Assembly (NCBI GenBank): GCA_903834835.1
Contig: CAILKO010000052.1
Span: 90-64,089, forward strand
Source of the DNA: an uncultured Pseudomonadota bacterium
Lineage (GTDB): Bacteria > Pseudomonadota > Gammaproteobacteria > Burkholderiales > SG8-39
Reading direction: 5' to 3'
DNA length: 64,000 bases
Shown here one piece after another: positions 59,607 through 64,000 of this stretch; position 1 is the first letter of the stretch, and the number at the start of each line of letters is the position of its first letter. Both the position numbers and the translations under genes were made by a program. The notes beneath the pieces are model-generated. The model made no database searches, was not told the origin of the DNA, and saw only the letters and a list, made by a program, of their open reading frames with translations.

Positions 59607-61039
59607 GTACGCAGATTCCTGCTCTCGTCCTCCTTCTTCAGCAGCCCGTAGCGCGCAAGCGTGCGGCGGCGTGCTTCGGCGTGGTCCACCACCGGGGCGG
59701 GATAGTCACAGCCTGCCGCCTGCTGTTCGAGCGGGGCCATGCGCCAGGGCTCGTGGATCAGCGCGGCCGGCACGCGCGCGAGCTCGGGAACCCAGCGGCG
59801 GATGTAGCTGCCCTCGGGATCGAACTTGCGCGACTGGGTCACGGGATTGAAGATCCGGAACCAGGGCTGGGCGTCGCAGCCGGTGGACGCGCTCCACTGC
59901 CAGCCGCCGTTGTTCGCCGCGAGATCGTGATCGAGCAGCTGCGCGGCGAACCAGGCTTCGCCGCGGCGCCAGTCGAGACCGAGGTGTTTCACGAGAAAGG
60001 AGGCGACAAGCATGCGCAGCCGGTTGTGCATGAGCCCGGTCGCGGCGAGTTCGCGCATCGCCGCATCCACCAGTGGATAGCCGGTGCGGCCCTCGCACCA
60101 GGCACGGTAAAACGCGCCGTCCGCATCCGGCTCCCAGACGAGCGCATCGAACTGCGGCTTGAACGCGCGCCTGACCACATCGGGTCGCCAGGCGAGTATC
60201 GCCTGATAGAAGTCGCGCCACACGAGTTCGGAGAGCCAGGCGGCCGATCCCTCTCCGGGCGCCGCGAGCGCGAAGCGCACGAGGGCGCGGATCGACACCG
60301 TGCCGAAACGCAGATGCGCTGACAGGCCCGAAGTCCCGTCGATCGCGGGAAAGTCGCGCCGCGCGGCGTAGTCGCGCAGACGCGGCACGAAGGCGCTGAG
60401 CCGGCGCGCGCCCGCCGCCATGCCGGGTTCGATTGCGCAAGCCGCAGGCCGGAAGCCGAGCTCGGCAAGCGTCGGCACGACCGCCTGCGCGGGCTCCGCC
60501 GGTGCAAGCCTCCCCGGATGAACGCGGGTGTCGCGCGACGCATGATCCTCCGGCGCGAGCTTCTCCAGCCAGGCGCGCTTGTAGGGCGTGAAGACCGAGA
60601 ACGCCGTGCCACCGCGCGTGCGCACCTCGTCCAGCTCGAAGACCACCTGGTCCTTGCGCGTGCGCCAGTCGATGCCGCAGGCGGCAAGCGCCTCGGCGAC
60701 CGCGGCATCGCGCCTGATCGCTGCGGGCTCGTAGTCGCGATTCGCATAGACCGCCGCCACGCCGAGCGCATGCGCGAGCTTCGGAATCTCCTCTTCGGCG
60801 CTGCCGCGCAGAATACGCAGCGCGCCACCGCGCGCCGCGAGCGCGTCGCCAAGTTCGACCACACTGGCATGCAGAAAACCCACGCGCCGGTTGTCCGGCG
60901 CGAGCTGACCGAGGATGGCGCTGTCGAACACGAACACGCAGTGCACCTGCTCGTGCGCTGCTAGCGCTGCGGCGAGCGCCGCATGATCGTCATCGCGCAG
61001 ATCGCGCCTGAACCAGACGAGGGCTGCCTCAGCGCTCAT
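59603..61039 (-). CDS. phrB: Deoxyribodipyrimidine photolyase
   Basis: [46 protein letters not shown] and RIFNP. Confidence 0.94.
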   Translation of the reverse strand: MSAEAALVWFRRDLRDDDHAALAAALAAHEQVHCVFVFDSAILGQLAPDNRRVGFLHASVVELGDALAARGGALRILRGSAEEEIPKLAHALGVAAVYANRDYEPAAIRRDAAVAEALAACGIDWRTRKDQVVFELDEVRTRGGTAFSVFTPYKRAWLEKLAPEDHASRDTRVHPGRLAPAEPAQAVVPTLAELGFRPAACAIEPGMAAGARRLSAFVPRLRDYAARRDFPAIDGTSGLSAHLRFGTVSIRALVRFALAAPGEGSAAWLSELVWRDFYQAILAWRPDVVRRAFKPQFDALVWEPDADGAFYRAWCEGRTGYPLVDAAMRELAATGLMHNRLRMLVASFLVKHLGLDWRRGEAWFAAQLLDHDLAANNGGWQWSASTGCDAQPWFRIFNPVTQSRKFDPEGSYIRRWVPELARVPAALIHEPWRMAPLEQQAAGCDYPAPVVDHAEARRRTLARYGLLKKEDESRNLRT

Positions 61040-61051
61040 GATGGGCCGCGC

Positions 61052-61948
61052 TCAGGCAGGCTGCATGCTGCGCGCCGTGCGCCAGCGCAGGAGTTCTTCT
61101 TTCAACGCATCGAGACTGGCGATCCGTGAAACACCCGCGGGCGGGCGCTTCAGGTGACCGGCGCCGCCACCGCCGCACCACAGTGCCACTGCCTCGGGGA
61201 GCGCGGCACGCATGCGTCGAACCGTTCCTCGCATCGGCACCGCGCCGAAATTCTCCGAGTACGACAGCGCGACCACGTCCGCGCCGTAGGCCTCGGCCGC
61301 GGCGAGCACCTGGCTTTCCGGCGTCTGGGTGCCGAGCGGAATGCAGGCCGCGCCTTCCAGGCGCAACATCGCCTGCGCGAGCAGCAGACCGAGGCCGTGC
61401 GGTTCGCCCGGCAGCGTCGCGAGCAGGATCTTGGGCGCGCTGCCGGGCGCCGGCAGCTGCCCCATCGCCTCGTGCAGCACGCTCTGCAGCTGTTCCGAGT
61501 ACAGATGCTCCTCGAAGATCTCGATCTCGCCGCGCACCCAGGCATTGCCGATCGCGACCAGCATCGGAGAAACCGCGTCGGTCACGAACCGGGCGATGCC
61601 CTCGCGGGCGAGGCGCATGCGCAGTTCTTCGCGCAGGGCCGCCTCGTCGTGCCGCCTGAGCAGTTGCAGCAGGCCGGGGTCATCGCCTTCGGGCGTGGGC
61701 GGGCAGGCCCGCTCGCTACGCTCGTCCGGGCTCAGGCTGAAGACTTGGCCCGGACGCATGCCCTGGTCAAGCAGACGACGGACATCGCGCAGCTGGGCGA
61801 CCTGCTCCGGCGGGTAGAGCCGCTCGCCCTTTGCGTCCCGGACCGGTTGCGGAAACCCGTAGCGACGCTCCCATATCCGAAGCGTGTCCTTACCTATCCC
61901 GGTTTCAAGCGCAAGGGCGGCAATGGAGATTCCTGACATGTCGCTCAT
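61052..61948 (-). CDS. litR: LitR/CarH-type MerR regulator with B12-binding-like domain
   Basis: MerR HTH TLRIWERRYG, plus W-x9-EH (WVRGEIEIFEEH) and ExHxxG (EPHGLG). Next to photolyase and folE2. Confidence 0.85.
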   Translation of the reverse strand: MSDMSGISIAALALETGIGKDTLRIWERRYGFPQPVRDAKGERLYPPEQVAQLRDVRRLLDQGMRPGQVFSLSPDERSERACPPTPEGDDPGLLQLLRRHDEAALREELRMRLAREGIARFVTDAVSPMLVAIGNAWVRGEIEIFEEHLYSEQLQSVLHEAMGQLPAPGSAPKILLATLPGEPHGLGLLLAQAMLRLEGAACIPLGTQTPESQVLAAAEAYGADVVALSYSENFGAVPMRGTVRRMRAALPEAVALWCGGGGAGHLKRPPAGVSRIASLDALKEELLRWRTARSMQPA

Positions 61949-61958
61949 TTATTTCTCA

Positions 61959-62037
61959 TTTGTCCAAGACAAACTGTTGACAAGGCGTTTCCATGAGCCC
62001 TATTATCCGCACACCCCATCACTTTGTCTAGGACAAA
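61959..62037 (+). promoter_or_regulatory. Divergent litR/folE2 promoter with two palindromic operators
   Basis: TTTGTC-caa-GACAAA (61959-61973) and TTTGTC-tag-GACAAA (62023-62037) flank TTGACA (61977-61982), an 18-bp spacer and TATTAT (62001-62006). Confidence 0.72.
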
Positions 62038-62039
62038 CA

Positions 62040-62873
62040 ATGAATGCGACCGAAAGAATGTTCCTCGTAGACGTCCAGGCCAGCCAGGATGCCCGCAACG
62101 TTGCGATCGAGCATGTCGGCGTGCGCGGCCTGCGTTATCCCCTCCCCGTGCAGGGCCGGAATGGCGTCCAGCACACGGTGGCCGAGGCCGAGATGACCGT
62201 GGCGCTCGATCCGTCGGTCAAGGGCACCCACATGTCGCGCTTCGTCGAAACCCTTGAGTCCTGGGACAGCGCCGTGGGTCCGGCGGATCTGGTCCAGCGC
62301 CTGACGGGCATGCTCGAGCGCCTGGACGCGAAGGCCGGCAGGATCGGGCTGCGTTTCCCCTACTTCATCCGCAAGCGCGCGCCGGTGAGCGGCGTAGAGA
62401 GCATGCTCGACTATCAGGCCGGCATGCGCGCCGAGGTGGTCGCAGATGCACCCGCCAGCCTGAGTCTGACACTGACCGCGCCGGTCACCAGCCTGTGCCC
62501 CTGCTCGAAGGAGATCTCGGAGTACGGTGCCCACAACCAGCGCTCGCATGTCACGCTGGACGTGGAACTGATCGAACCCGGCGCGCTCGATTTCGAATCG
62601 CTGGCCGAGATCGCCGAGGCTGCCGCCTCCTGCGAGATCTACGGTCTGCTCAAGCGCCCCGACGAGAAGTACGTGACCGAGCGCGCCTACGACAACCCGA
62701 AGTTCGTCGAGGACCTGGTGCGCGATCTCGCCCTCGCGCTGGAGAACCACCCGGCGATCCGCCGCTACATGGTGGAAGTCGAGAATTTCGAGTCGATCCA
62801 CAATCACTCTGCCTACGCTCGTCTGACAGGCGGGCGTGATGCAGTCTCCCCCGTGACGGACGCACGCGCGTGA
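62040..62873 (+). CDS. folE2: GTP cyclohydrolase FolE2
   Basis: KGTHMSRF, VTSLCPCSK, GAHNQRS, PKFVED and ESIHNHSAYA. Confidence 0.94.
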   Translation: MNATERMFLVDVQASQDARNVAIEHVGVRGLRYPLPVQGRNGVQHTVAEAEMTVALDPSVKGTHMSRFVETLESWDSAVGPADLVQRLTGMLERLDAKAGRIGLRFPYFIRKRAPVSGVESMLDYQAGMRAEVVADAPASLSLTLTAPVTSLCPCSKEISEYGAHNQRSHVTLDVELIEPGALDFESLAEIAEAAASCEIYGLLKRPDEKYVTERAYDNPKFVEDLVRDLALALENHPAIRRYMVEVENFESIHNHSAYARLTGGRDAVSPVTDARA

Positions 62874-64000
62874 ACGCTCCCGAGCACAACCGCATCGCAC
62901 GCGCCGGTCCGGGTGCAGCGCAAGCCGCGGGGCGCGGCCTGCGCGCGGCCGAGGAGGGCTGGCTCCCGGATATGCTGATCCGCGCCGGCATCCGGCGTCT
63001 GCTGCGCGAGCGGCTCGATGAGATCGACGAGAACGACCCGGAGGCCGGCGCCGCCGCCTCGACCCGTTTCGCCCGCGTGATGCGGGCGGCCGAAGTCGCG
63101 CCCCTGCCCGCAGTCGCGAACGCGCAGCACTACGAAGTTCCAGCCGGCTTCTTCGGGCTCGTGCTCGGCCGGCACCGCAAGTACAGCAGCTGCTACTGGG
63201 ACCGCGACACCCGTACGCTGGACGAGGCGGAAACGGCGGCCCTCGCGATCACCTGCGAACGCGCGGGGCTGGAGGACGGCCAGCGCATCCTCGAACTCGG
63301 CTGCGGCTGGGGTTCGCTCTCCCTCTGGATGGCTGCGGCCTATCCGCGCGCGCAGATCACCGCGGTGTCCAACTCGCACTCGCAGCGCAGTTACATCGAG
63401 ACCACCGCCCGGGCGCGCGGCCTCGCCAATCTGCAGGTGATCACCACTGACATGAACACTTTCGAGGCCCCCGGCCGCTACGACCGCGTGGTCTCCGTCG
63501 AAATGTTCGAACACATGCGCAACTGGCCGGAGCTCTTCCGCCGCATCAGCCAATGGCTCGAACCGGGCGGACGGTTCTTCATGCATGTCTTCGTGCACCG
63601 CTCCACGCCCTATGCCTTTGTCGACCAGGGCCCCGGAGACTGGATGAGCCGCCACTTCTTTTCCGGCGGCATCATGCCGAGCGACGATCTTGCCCTGCAG
63701 TTCCAGGATCACCTCCGGCTGCGCGAGCGCTGGCGCTGGAACGGCACGCACTACCAGCGCACGGCCGACGCCTGGCTCGCACAGCTCGACGCAAACCGCG
63801 CGATCGCGATGCCCCTCCTCGCCGACATCTACGGCGAAGGCCATGCCCGAGTCTGGCTGCAGCGCTGGCGCATCTTCTTCATGTCCTGCTCCGAACTCTT
63901 CGGCTACCGCGGTGGCAACGAATGGTGGGTCAGCCATTACCTGTTCGAACGGCCCGGATCGGGCGACAACGCGCCCGGCCCGGATGATCGGCCGGCCCGA
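62870..64000 (+). CDS. Cyclopropane-fatty-acyl-phospholipid synthase-like SAM methyltransferase (runs off the window end)
   Basis: Absent from the ORF track because it has no stop in the window. My translation from GTG 62870 gives ANAQHYEVP, RKYSSCYW, ILELGCGWGSL and VSVEMFEHMRNW. Confidence 0.87.
   Translation, partial: MNAPEHNRIARAGPGAAQAAGRGLRAAEEGWLPDMLIRAGIRRLLRERLDEIDENDPEAGAAASTRFARVMRAAEVAPLPAVANAQHYEVPAGFFGLVLGRHRKYSSCYWDRDTRTLDEAETAALAITCERAGLEDGQRILELGCGWGSLSLWMAAAYPRAQITAVSNSHSQRSYIETTARARGLANLQVITTDMNTFEAPGRYDRVVSVEMFEHMRNWPELFRRISQWLEPGGRFFMHVFVHRSTPYAFVDQGPGDWMSRHFFSGGIMPSDDLALQFQDHLRLRERWRWNGTHYQRTADAWLAQLDANRAIAMPLLADIYGEGHARVWLQRWRIFFMSCSELFGYRGGNEWWVSHYLFERPGSGDNAPGPDDRPAR

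Noticed and set aside
63977-64000. CCGGATGATCGG similarity to the recQ tandem repeat
   Set aside because: Only 12 bp, inside a coding frame at the window edge; likely chance.

Overview
High-GC bacterial chromosomal DNA; gene content suggests a betaproteobacterium (inference). There are three parts. (1) About 0.1-18.1 kb is a defence/toxin-antitoxin island. It holds an AbiEi/AbiEii type IV TA pair, a secreted subtilase plus unknown partner next to a NERD-gene remnant, a Mod-Res (type III-like RM)-Mrr-NERD/UvrD helicase operon, a PIN TA module between 163-bp direct repeats, a solo Cas4/AddB-like nuclease, an orphan BrnA with a truncated BrnT, and HicAB. (2) About 18.2-56 kb is an uptake/catabolism region: a CoA-ligase/Liv-type ABC operon, eight MFS paralogs, an acyl-CoA dehydrogenase pair, a TRAP system with three tandem DctP paralogs, a VOC dioxygenase, ygiQ, an SDR and Mla-like genes. 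(3) About 56-64 kb holds recQ, yaiI and a LitR/photolyase/folE2/cfa-like light-response locus. The main unexplained signal is an AT-rich 22-bp site, ATAGTAAC-N6-GTTACTAT, with a conserved asymmetric spacer. It occurs six times at gene boundaries, 6-17 kb apart, in both accessory and core DNA. I found no rRNA, tRNA, CRISPR array, integrase or transposase. All product calls come from motif recognition by eye; no database search was run.
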